Virus record (IMG/VR): IMGVR_UViG_3300048852_000007
Location: 1-64,000 of that record
Direction: 5' to 3' (one strand)
Length of the DNA: 64,000 nucleotides
Source of the DNA: a virus
Taxonomy: Duplodnaviria; Caudoviricetes
Part shown: positions 9,668-20,400 of the stretch, piece by piece
Numbering within the stretch: the stretch's first letter is position 1
Layout of the letters: each line of letters opens with the position of its first letter
Program-made: the position numbers and the translations under genes
The notes under the pieces: generated by a model
What the model was told of the DNA's origin: nothing
Seen by the model: the letters and a program-made list of their open reading frames with translations, nothing else
Databases searched by the model: none

Positions 9668-10204
9668 GTGCAGATCACGATCATCCAGGCTGAGATTGAA
9701 GAGGCCATCCGTAGCTGGATCGGCAGCCGCCTGAAGGTGGCAGAGGGAATGGAGACGACTATCGAGCTCCTGGCGACCCGTGGTGCCGAGGGCTTCAAGG
9801 CCATCATCGACATCAACCCGGCAGCCGATATGCCGACCCAGACCGCAACTGGCATCAATATGGCGACCAACAGCCAGCGCATTGTGCCGGCACGGTCTGA
9901 AGCCGAAGCTGCACAGCAGGTTGCTGAGGTTGCTCAGGCTGCCACTACGGTCAGCAGCATCTTCGGTGGCGCCAACCGTCCGGTTCGCACTGCTCAGGAT
10001 GTCCGCGAGATGATGGCGGCCGAAGCTGCGGCGGAAGAGAAGACCGACACTGTTGAGGCTCCCTTCGATACCGCTGTAGCCTCTGAGAACGTCCCTGTGA
10101 CGGAAGCTTCCGACACCAACGAGGATGAAGCTCCGGCTCAGTCCCCTCCCCCGTCCACCGCGAAGAGTCTCTTCAAGGGACTCCGTAAGCCGACCAACTC
10201 CTGA
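9668..10204 (+). CDS. Conserved N4-like hypothetical protein with acidic/Ala-rich linker
   Basis: GTG start abutting the upstream stop; folded-looking N-terminus, low-complexity middle, KSLFKGL tail. Confidence 0.75.
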   Translation: MQITIIQAEIEEAIRSWIGSRLKVAEGMETTIELLATRGAEGFKAIIDINPAADMPTQTATGINMATNSQRIVPARSEAEAAQQVAEVAQAATTVSSIFGGANRPVRTAQDVREMMAAEAAAEEKTDTVEAPFDTAVASENVPVTEASDTNEDEAPAQSPPPSTAKSLFKGLRKPTNS

Positions 10205-10404
10205 TGAGCTACGCCGGGATCCTCTTAGTGGGGGTTCTGGCCTTGATCGCGGTGCTGGTCGTCAGCGCGATCATCGTAGCCACAGCTCCCTACCTGGCTG
10301 CGGTCATAATAGTCACCTCCGTCTGCTGGTGGGCGTTCGGTAGGGACGACAAGCAGTTAGGCGAGAGTTCCAGTGCACCGACCAAAGTGGACCCAAGGGA
10401 GTAA
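10204..10404 (+). CDS. Small two-TM membrane protein
   Basis: TGATG overlap; two hydrophobic segments. Confidence 0.7.
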   Translation: MSYAGILLVGVLALIAVLVVSAIIVATAPYLAAVIIVTSVCWWAFGRDDKQLGESSSAPTKVDPRE

Positions 10405-10423
10405 ACCTCCCTGGGTCTTTTCT
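10390..10423 (+). terminator. Rho-independent terminator
   Basis: GACCCAAGGGAG-TAAAC-CTCCCTGGGTC followed by TTTTCT. Confidence 0.7.
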
Positions 10424-10429
10424 AATTTC

Positions 10430-10800
10430 AGAGTGTCTCGGTAGGAGCAGACCCCAGCGGGAAGGGGGACGGAGTAGTAAGGTGACAACCAGCTATCAAC
10501 CTGGTGGGTAACCTGAACCTAGCCGTAAACGGAGTGGCGGGAAGGGCTGATAATCCTGATGTGTCCACACCGGCCGGGCTTCATTACATTTCATGACAGA
10601 GCTTGAGATGCTTCGTCCCTTCCCGCGAGGGCAGCATCTCCAGAGGGTAGCCAGGATTAGCCTGGCTACCCTTTTCCAATCCCAGCCGGGGGGTAACACG
10701 GCCCAGCCAGAGATCTCCATGGAAGATCTTTGATCGCTGGTGACGGAAGCCGGGTCGGACCTCGGACACAGGGGTGACAGGCCGGAGAGACGGCCACCAA
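10430..10800 (+). ncRNA. Candidate large structured non-coding RNA of unknown family
   Basis: About 370 nt with no credible ORF, many stems, and loop-loop complementarity (see findings); strand inferred from flanking genes and terminators. Confidence 0.45.
10644..10676 (+). terminator. 12-bp hairpin with T tract (terminator, or internal stem of the ncRNA)
   Basis: AGGGTAGCCAGG-ATTAG-CCTGGCTACCCT-TTT. Confidence 0.6.
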
Positions 10801-10817
10801 TTCCACAGGAGTGCCCG

Positions 10818-11129
10818 ATGGGCTTCAACTCAGTGCTGGTCGTGCTGAACGATCGCCTCGATGAGATCGAACGTGATCCAGAGTTCGGAAAGAAAGTGGC
10901 TGATGCCATCCGAAGCCATGGATACCCACGATACCAGCGTTATGTGACAGGCCAGACCCAGGTTATCTCCGTCCACCATGCTGATACCCTGGCTGTGGTT
11001 GCTGTTGGTGGCAACACAGGAAGGATCATCGGTTACGGGCATTGGTCTCAGGATGATGAGTCTCTGATCCAACACCTGGAACGAGAGCGCAAACGCAAAG
11101 CGAAGGAAGCCAAGTCCAATGGCGTCTAA
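10818..11129 (+). CDS. Hypothetical protein, 103 aa
   Basis: CAGGAG RBS before ATG at 10818. Confidence 0.7.
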   Translation: MGFNSVLVVLNDRLDEIERDPEFGKKVADAIRSHGYPRYQRYVTGQTQVISVHHADTLAVVAVGGNTGRIIGYGHWSQDDESLIQHLERERKRKAKEAKSNGV

Positions 11130-11403
11130 GCGCATCAACGATCTGAAATCCCGAGTGGGGGATCTGGAGCGTCAGCTCCAGGAGGCTAAGAAGCGTCTTC
11201 ATCAGGCCCAACTTGAAGAAGCTGGTGTATCTGTGGGCGATGTGGTCGTCTTCAAAGGTGAAGAGTTTCGGGTAGCCTCCGTAGATCCGTCCCCTTACGG
11301 CAAAGCTTGGGTCAAAGGAAATCCGAAAAAGATGAACGGCACTTTTGGAAATGCCGTTCGTTCCCTTTATGCAGATTGGGAGAAGCTTTCCTCCCAACCT
11401 TAA
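11119..11403 (+). CDS. Hypothetical protein (coiled coil plus small beta domain)
   Basis: AAGGAAG RBS; overlaps the upstream stop; converges with the vRNAP gene. Confidence 0.7.
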   Translation: MASKRINDLKSRVGDLERQLQEAKKRLHQAQLEEAGVSVGDVVVFKGEEFRVASVDPSPYGKAWVKGNPKKMNGTFGNAVRSLYADWEKLSSQP

Positions 11404-11420
11404 GTTCCCGCCCTGCTGGC

Positions 11421-14400
11421 TTAGTGTGCCAGGTTGAGCCAAGGGTTCAGCCTGAAGGCACCGAAGCCCATACCTGGTCCGATGGAGTGGCCGAGTGTGC
11501 CCTCCAGACCCTTGGTGAAGAGGTTGTCGGTCAGAGGTGTACCGACACTCCCAAGGCCAGGCGGGCTTGGCAGCACATTGGCCAGTAGGGCATGGACCGG
11601 ATTGTTCCTGATCGTCGAGAGGGCGATCTTCGCAGCACGGATCTTGAAATGGTAGAACCAGAGAAGCCCATTGGCCTCCAGAGCCCCACGGAAGCGACCA
11701 GGGAGACGATCGTAGTTCACGAACTCCTCAGTGACTCGACCGAGAGCATACTTTTTAGGCTTCTTTTGGCGAACCGTGATGTCATCATAGATGATCGCCT
11801 TCGCCAGGAAGTCGCCGTACTCCACCGCTTTCTGCATACCCTGAAACAGGGCAGTGTCCTTAGTGACGAGAGCATACCGCCCAGCAGTACGGAGACTGTC
11901 CGGAAGTTTCTCGGTCAACCGCTCCATGTACTGATGCCAACGACCTTCCGAAAGTAGGATCTCGTCACGAGAGATGCCCACATCCGAGATCGAGCTGAAT
12001 TCACCAACCTCGATCAGCGGCCAGATCGACATACGCCGGTAGCTATCCTGGATCGACTGGATCTCAGCCTTGAGCTTACGGGACTGAACCACATCCTGAG
12101 CTGCCTCAGCAGCCCGAAGATCCGCCTCAGCCTCGATCTCCCGCAGCCTGCTCTTGGTGTAGGCGTGGATCTCGGCAGTCTTCTTCGGCAGACCCCGAGC
12201 AATGTCCATCAGAGGCACCCCTCGGCTCATCATCTGATAGATGTTGGAGACGAAGTTCGCTGCTGGAACCACCATAGACTTCACCACAATGAGCAGACGA
12301 GCATCCTTCACCACGTTCTGGATCGTCTTCTCGCTGTTCATCAGGTAGCGATACGCATCGTTGCCCATGACGCCAAGCGCAATGCGCTTCACCTGCTCCT
12401 GCTTGGCAGGAGTCCAATGGGAAATCCCCGTCCAGGCGTCACCTATCGAAGCATTCCGATAGCCCAGTGCATCGTTGAGCATATCTCGACGCACATAGAA
12501 TGCCTCCCCCCCAAAGACTGACCGGGCATGGTCCCGCACTTCCTTCGACATCAGAGAGACCGCATCCCTGAGCACGGGATCCAGACGCTTGGTGTCGAAG
12601 AGATCCACATACTGGGACTGGTTCCCCGAGCTGGCCTTCACGTCCTCTTGGTGCATGCTGTGGAGAGCGTCGATCAGCTTCTCATTGTAGATGCCCGCCT
12701 TGGCCTCTTCGACCTGGCGACCACGCCATACACCGATCATCTTGGCCAGGTGAGTATCCCGGTTCAGCCGATCGAGGTGAGCCGGATCCACACTCCGCTC
12801 AAAAGCCACCACCTCCCCAGTCTCGTTAAATACCGGCAGCAGATTTTCACGAGTACCGCCCTTCTCTTGATGCAACCTACGGTTGATTAGCGCAACCGAG
12901 GCCGGGTCCGCAATACGTCCAGCAACCAGCCCATCAGTAAAACCAGTGCTGGCTTCCACACCCGAAGCTGTGGCCCTGACATTCTGCATGATGCCCTGGT
13001 TGAAGGGACTGCGAGCCGAGACAGGAGCGAAGTAGTAGCTCTGCTTATTCTTGGACCCCTCCGCAGCAGATCCACCGTAATCACCCACCCGGACGTAGCT
13101 CTTCTCAACCAACTCTACGTAGCGGTCATCATCCGCCACGATCAGGCTTACCCCGTCCTGCTGGGTCGAAGGGATGTGCCCCTTGTAGTGGTTCAACCGA
13201 GCTCGCCCAGAAGCCGCCTTACGTTGCTCCTCGACTCGCTGGCCCACCAGGTAGGCCAAGGTGAACTCCATGCCCTGAGCCTCATCCTGGGCCAGGGAAG
13301 CCATGCTCTCCCGGTCCTGGGTGGAGAGGTTCTTCAGAGCATAGAGCGTCACCAGCTGATCCACGTCAGCGATGAAGTCCCGATCTGGACTGACTCTGCC
13401 CTTCTGGGTCCGCTCCCCGAGGAGACGCGAGACAGCCTCGGCATTGCGCAGCAGGTTCGAGCCAGGCTCACCCGTGCCCATGTAGTGGGCCAGTTGCTTG
13501 GCCTTACGCTGGAGCAGGCTCCAATGCGCCTGGTCCTTGCCCGATAGCGTGCTCTCCAGGCTACGAATGCTCCGATCCAGCTGGGTCTCATCCTCCAGAT
13601 GGGTGAGGATCTCGGCCGGGGTGAAGTGCCTGGCGAGAGCTGCCAGGTCCGTCTTGCCCATGCCTCGGAAGAGGGTGCTCCACTCAGCATCGGTCAGCTT
13701 GCGGGAGAACTTGCCAGCGATGATCGTCGGCAGGTGCTCACGGAACTGCTGCCGATCCTGCTGCACATCCGACCGGGTGCGCTTGATCAGGTCATAGACA
13801 TTCATGTTCGAGCTGGTCCGGCCAATGAGATCAACCACCAGCTCCCGGATGGGCTGAAGCCCCTTCACATTGTTCATCATCGTCATGACGCCTTGGGCCA
13901 CCTTCTCGGCCTGGTCCTCATTGACGATGGCAGCGGTGACCCGAGCCGAGGCAGCCAGCCCCTGGGTCAACTTGTTCTGGTGCTTGGCGTCCAGTCTCTC
14001 GGCTGCGCTCACACCCCTGGCGGCCAAGGCATTCAGACCATCGACGATGATCTGATTGGCTCGATCCACCAGCCCACCAACCGGGGATGCCAGCTGGTCG
14101 ATGAGGGTTTGCCGCTCCTGGCTCACCTCCTGGATCCGACGGGAGAGGGCATCCACCGCCTCCTGCACATTGGCTGCCTTGTCGATGCCGGAGATCCTCT
14201 GGGAGAGCGACTCCAGGGCGATATTGCCGGCATTCTCCAGCACCCCGTCCAACGTGTTCCAGCCCTGGAGCACGGTCTTAGGCAGGGCGATCTTGGCCAT
14301 GGCTGTCCGCATGGGATCGTTCACCATGGCCAGACCCAGGAACACCGGCAGCAGCGAGGAGCGACCAACCCCGTCCGTCTCGACGAGGAAGTTGCCCATC

Positions 14401-17400
14401 ACCGTGTCGAACTTCTCCTGCGCCTGGTAGCGGTCAGCCGGATCCAGACTATCAGGATCCGCCATGAAGTCCTCGACCTTGAGGGTCTTGGTCACATGGG
14501 CATAAAGGCTTTGGGCCATCGCCATGGAGTTGGGGTCGATAGCTGCTTCGGTGGCCAGAGCTGCTGTTACCGCCTGGAAGGTGGTCAGCTCCTGCGGCGT
14601 CATGGCGAAGCCATGGGAGACCACCGAGTTGACCAGCCGGCTGGCACCGAGGATAGCCAGGTCCACCTTGCCCTGCCGGTCGATCCGATCGACGGGGTTG
14701 GTGTTGAGGTAGTCCACCACCTGCTTGTCGAAGGTGGCGTTGATCTGGGCCAGGCGCTCACTGTCGCCATAGGCCGTGCTCATGAAGAGCGTGGCATCCC
14801 GCACCTGGCTCTGAAGTGAGGGCTGGCTGCGGACGATGATGCTGGTGTTGAACAGCAGGTTCGAGAGCATGTCGTCTTCAGGCTTCGAGACCTTGGCCCG
14901 ACCGAAGACGAGACGCTTGATCGCCTGGAAGACATCCTTGGCAAGCTGAACCAAGGGGGAAGCCTTGGTCTTGCTCATGGTCTCGGCCAGGTCTTTGTTG
15001 GCCAGGCCCCAAGCCATGAACTCGTTCAGAGCCGCAGCAGGACGACCACCGATCTGGTGTCCATGAATGGCACTCTTAGCAAAAGCGTAGGCATTGCTGT
15101 CGTCGTTCAGAGCCAGGAACTGATCCTGAAGCTGGAGCAAGCGACCAACCGCAAGCTCAGCTTCCTGGTCCTTCAAACGACCATCCAGCACAGCCTCCAC
15201 CTTCTCGTAGGTGGCTGCATGGATCAGCTCATGGACCAAAGTCTCCCTGGAGGGGGAGATCAGGTAGATCGTGCTTTCCCCCGGCACAGTGACACCCTTG
15301 GCGCCATGCACACGCATGGGAAGGGTTAGACCCTTCTCCTCTGCATAGTCAGACAGCTGCTCAACTGTGCCATAGATCACCCGGTAGTCCTTGGCAGCTC
15401 CAGTGCGATGGATCTGATCGAAGATCGTTTGCTGGGCAGGAGCTAGACCAAGCTTCTTGGCGATCTTGTTGATCGCCGTTGGGCTGAGGATCCGCACCTT
15501 CGACTTCGGATCCACCCGACCAAAGGTGAGCTTCTCCTTGGCCGGCTCAATGGCCGGCTTGGTTTTCACCGAAACCGGCTTCGTAGCTGGGGTTTCCGTC
15601 ACTGGCTTGGGTTTGGTGGCCGGCTCTTTTACCGGCGCAGAAGCCTGTTCCCGTCGCTCTGGGTCGATGTTGCTGCGACCGGGCTTTTCACCCAGGTTCA
15701 ACATCAGCTTGTCCAACTCTTCGAGGTAAAGCTTGTTCAGCTCCTCGCTGATTTCCTCCTCGTTGGTTCCCTGAAGCTCAATCCCCTTGTGCTCGTAGGG
15801 GGAGGAAGCCGCTGCCATCTGGTCGATGCTGTGAGACACCCGAGCAATCGCACTGTGACGGGCTTCAACCGAGATCCCTGCCCGGCGAAGTTCCTTATCC
15901 AGATCCTGGATAGCTGCGGCAACGGCACCGTAAGTGGGCTCCCGAATGCCCAAGGTCCGGCCAAGCTTATTCAACATCTCACCGGGGTAGTCAGCTGTCG
16001 GGAAGCTGGGAATGGACTCAGAGAAGGCGAGGGATACCGCCTGAATCGGGTTCCCCTGCCAGGCATCGAACACCGCCTGGTTCGCCTTACGGCTGGAGTC
16101 CTCCAGCTTATCGAGCGGGAAGTTCACACCGTCGAAGATCTTCAGCGAGCCAGTGGGAGCCCCCTTCATGGTGGCCAGGGTCTGCATCATCTGGCCGTCG
16201 CCAGTGCCAATGACCATCATCGGGATGCCTGCAACGCCAGCATCCGTAGGGCCATACACGAAACCGTTCGTACCGATGTGGCCAGTAAGAGACTTGCTCC
16301 ACTCGCTGGCATTCACGTCCGTGGACTGGGAACCAGCGATAAAGAAGCTCTGGCGTCCCGTCTCAACGAGGGGGAACCGCTTCAGCACGTCTGAGAGGAT
16401 GTCATCCCGCTCCTGTCGGGAGAGGCCGTCAGCCTTAGCTCGGGGATCCTGAGCAACCTTCTCTGCGATCTTGGCCCGCACTGCCTCGTTGAAGGTGTGC
16501 TGCTGGAAGATCGACTGGATCTGGGTGGCCTGCTGCACCAGCTTGGCAGACTCCATCAGCGGCTGGCCAATGGTCTGGGTGATGGCTTCCCGCAGCGGCT
16601 TCACAAAGAGATGCTGCATATTGGTGCGGAGGTTCGTCAGACGAGCCTTGTCCACCGTGAAGGTCTTCGCATCGAAGCCTTTCATGGGCTCAACATTCTC
16701 GCCCTGGCTCAACTCCAGCTTGCCCTTGCGACGGGCTACCACATTGGTGGTCAGCGCCTTGAACGCCTTGGAGAAGCGCACCAGCTTGGCCTCGGCCGAG
16801 GCCAGGTCCGTGGAGACACTGCCGAACATGGCTTCAGAGAAGGCCATCTTCGGATTCTCATCGAGCTTCGCCGCCACCTCGGACATGCGCTCATAGAGCT
16901 GCTCGATCATCGCGCTGGTCACCTTGCCAGCGATACCCTTCTCACCTGAGCCATAGATGGTGATGGTCAGGGGGTTCTTGGCGATGCCCCGGTTCATGAC
17001 CAGCTTGCCGTCCTGGATCTCGAAGTCCGGGAGGAAGAGATCCATGAGATCCTTCATCAGGTTCAGCTGTTCCTGAACCTGCGGGGAGTCGATCTCAGCC
17101 GTCAGCTTGGCGAACTCATCAGCCAGGTTGTCGGTGGTGGTCTGGTACATATCCTTGGTATCGTAGCCGTCACCATGCTGTTCGTTCATGGTCCTCGGAC
17201 CACGAAAGAACAGGCCACCCTTGGCCATACGATTCACCCATTCCTTGGTGAAGCGTCCGGAGGTCAGCAGCATCATGGCGTTGACCGGGCCATTGGTCAC
17301 ACCATCGGCTTCGACGTAGATCGAGGTGGTGAAGCTGCTGCGGTCCTGGGTCTCCTGAAGCCGGGCGTATTCAGCCACGGCATGGAGTGCCATCACCGTC

Positions 17401-20400
17401 AGATCGTTCTTAAGGCCCGACTTCATCACCTCAACCAGGCGAGGATCCACCTTGCCGGTGTTGTGGAAGTCCCGGAGCATCTCCACAGCCGGAGCCAGGG
17501 GACCAGAGAGAAGCTTGTCCAGATCCTTGCGAGCGGCATCGAGCTTCTTCTTGTGGACCTTCACGCCGAGAGCCTGTGCCAGACCGAGAGCAAACTTCCG
17601 GTAGTCCGTGCTGTTCTCGTTGCTCAGATCCAAGGTAGAGCGCGTGGGGAGAATAGCTTCACGCACCAGCTTGGTGCTCTGGGGGTTGTAGCGTCCCAGC
17701 ATCTGGAGACGACCCACCCGGTTCACATTGTAGGCGTAGTGGATGGGGAGCTGATCCTGTTCCACGCCAGCCTTTTCAGCCGCATGGCCGACCTCGGTCA
17801 CAAGATTGGTCAGATGGTGGAAAGCCGCAGAGATCGTGCGGTTCTGTCCATCAAGCGACGCAGCATGGTTCTTGTTCAGCACTCGGCCTTCAAGATTCCC
17901 CGCACCGAAGAGACCCAGCAGGTTGTCCAGTCCCAGAGCTTCGTAGAGCTTGACCATGGGGACATTCAGATAGTGCGGAGTCTCCTGCTCCTTGCGGATC
18001 ATCGCCTTCTGTTCAGGAGTGTTCCGCACAGCAGGGTTACGGAGCTGGGTTGCCGCAACCTTGGGCCGGGCATCACCGAAGTAAGTCACATCCTCTGGCT
18101 CAATCAGCACCATTTTCTCGATAGAGCTGGGAGACTTCAGGATCGGATCATCCTTCTCTCGCGCCTTGGCCTCATAGAAGTTGAGAGTCTTGGTCTCTCC
18201 CTGCGGCAGACCGTCCTCATCAGTGATCCTCACCGGAGAGAGGATCAGATCCCCGCTCTCCAGCAGAGCTTCCATCACCTCAGCAGCCATGGCTTCGGGG
18301 ATACCCTCAGCATAGCCATCGGGTACATCGGCATTGGTCTCCAGACCCCAGAACTGAAGGATCTTGTCGGCCAGAGTCCGCTTCGCCGTGACGGTGGGCA
18401 GACCCTTATTGGAGAGTTTCCCGATCAAGGTCTCCTCATCAATGATCTCATCCTCGGGGATGCCGGTCAGAGCTGAAGCCGCCTTCTTGTCGATCTGGGA
18501 TTCCCGCTGGTCAGCCGTCAGCAACCACTGAAGCCCGGCCAGGATCGCACCTTCCAGAAGTTCCTGGTTGTAGCGGAGCGTCTTGCCGTCTGGCTCAGTG
18601 ATGTTCAGCGGCTTGCCATCAGCAAAGCTGTTGGCGGGCTGGCCTGACAGGAATCGCTCCAGCAGAGGCTTGCCTGCGTTGTCACCAGTCTTTGGGGTGT
18701 TCGCCAGATACCTCTGAAGGCGAGCATCCATGATTTTGGCCAGGGTCTTACCCTGACGCAGGTAGCCACGGTACGCCTTGGCGATGTCGGTGTCCTCAGC
18801 AGCATCGACCGCCTTGATCGCATCATCAAGCGGGGTGTCAGTACCGATGGTGTGGGTCTTGGCTTCTTTCGGGAGCTTGAACGCCCGCTTGAACCAGTTG
18901 ACCACCTTGCTCCCTGGCTCAGAACCAATGAGCTTCGGGTAGGCCGCATCCATGCCCTGGAGTGGGGCTTCGGGTTTGACAAACGACACCTGCTCGGGAC
19001 GGAAGACAACAATCTCCTCGTACCGATGCTCAGGATCTGCAAACAGCAAGCCATCATAACCCCGAGCGACAAGATCATCCATCTCTGCCCTGGAGATAGA
19101 GGTGATGGTGATGCTGTCGTCGTCTTTAACCAGGTAGGGGTTGGTCAGGTTGACATAGAGCGGCACAATAGAGACACCGTTCTTCTCAGAGATCTTGCTC
19201 TGGTACTCAGAGAGAGTCAGCTTCTCGGCGCCCTGAGGAATATCAGCCCCAGCCACGGCAGCGGCATAAGAGATATTGCGTGTGGTGTAGAAGCCAATCT
19301 TCTTGTTGTTTATGGCACCGACATTGCCTTTCAACCAAAAATTGGCTCCAGAGTTTTCCCGCTCCGTTTGAATGTTCTTCAAGTCCTCTGGATTCTTGGT
19401 GGCGTGGTACACCTCACCTTGAATCACACTATCCTTGAAGGGGTTGTTCTGGTTACGAGGCTCGGCCTTGACCTTAGCCGGTTTAGCCTCGGCCGCAGCT
19501 TCCGTCGTTGCTTCCGCCGCCTGCGGCGTCGAAACCACCTCCGCTACCGCTGCGGCTTTGGGCTCTTCTTTCTTTGGTTCGGCCTTTGGCTTCGCCTCAG
19601 GCTTGTCTATCGCTTTTGCTTCTTTCTGAGAGGCAACAGGTTTTGTCTCTCCAGACCGCGAATCAACAGGCTTCGCTTCAGCCTTCGGCTTGGAGCCAGG
19701 ACGAACACGCTCACCCTTCTGAAATGCCTGGACCACTTTGTAAGGGTTGCCCTGGAGATCCTGGTTCAGAGTGGGAACCTGGATCTGCTCCCCATTCAGC
19801 GCCGGGAAGGCAATACGCAAACCCTCGTAGATCTCGGCCAGGCGCTGAGCTTCCAGCTGCACACGCTGAGCCAACTCAACTGAGCCAGCATTGTGAGGAT
19901 GTACAGCCAGGCCAGCCTTGTCCTGGTACCACTCCCGAGTCGTGGGGTTAAGCGCCTGGTAGGAAACATTCCTCCCACCACCCTGGGCGAAGTGCTGATT
20001 CAGTGCCCCGACCTTGTTCGCCATGTGCTGGACGAACTCGCCGAAGCCTTTGAGGTGGGACGCCGCCAGCTTGGTGTTACCTGCCCGCATGGCCTGGGCA
20101 ATGCGGTTGTAGTGCGCTACCGCCGAGAGCTTCGGAGCATTGGGATCCGGGTCCACCTGGATCTGGTCCGACACATCGTTCAGGAGACGCTTGTGACCCA
20201 GCGCCTTCTGCTCATCGCTGGCTTTCTTGGCGGCTTCCAGGATGGCCTTGGACGCCATGAGCGCCGAGCGTTGCGAGTCGGTAAGCTGGATGCGACCCTG
20301 CTCAGCGTGCATCAGGACCATGTTGGTCGCTTCAAGGTTCCCCTTGTGCGGCGCAATCTGGGCGATACCGACGATGTTCTGAGCTTGCTGCTGTCCCTCC

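Noticed and set aside
10430-10800. Resemblance to group I intron P element (GCGGGAAGGGG), cobalamin riboswitch (GGGAA, AGCCAGGA) or two-piece tmRNA (terminal ACCA)
   Set aside because: The other required cores (Q/R/S, full B12 box, T-arm and acceptor stem) are absent; kept only as an unassigned RNA
11403-11421. Bidirectional terminator between the convergent middle and late blocks
   Set aside because: Only 17 bp separate the stops and there is no credible stem
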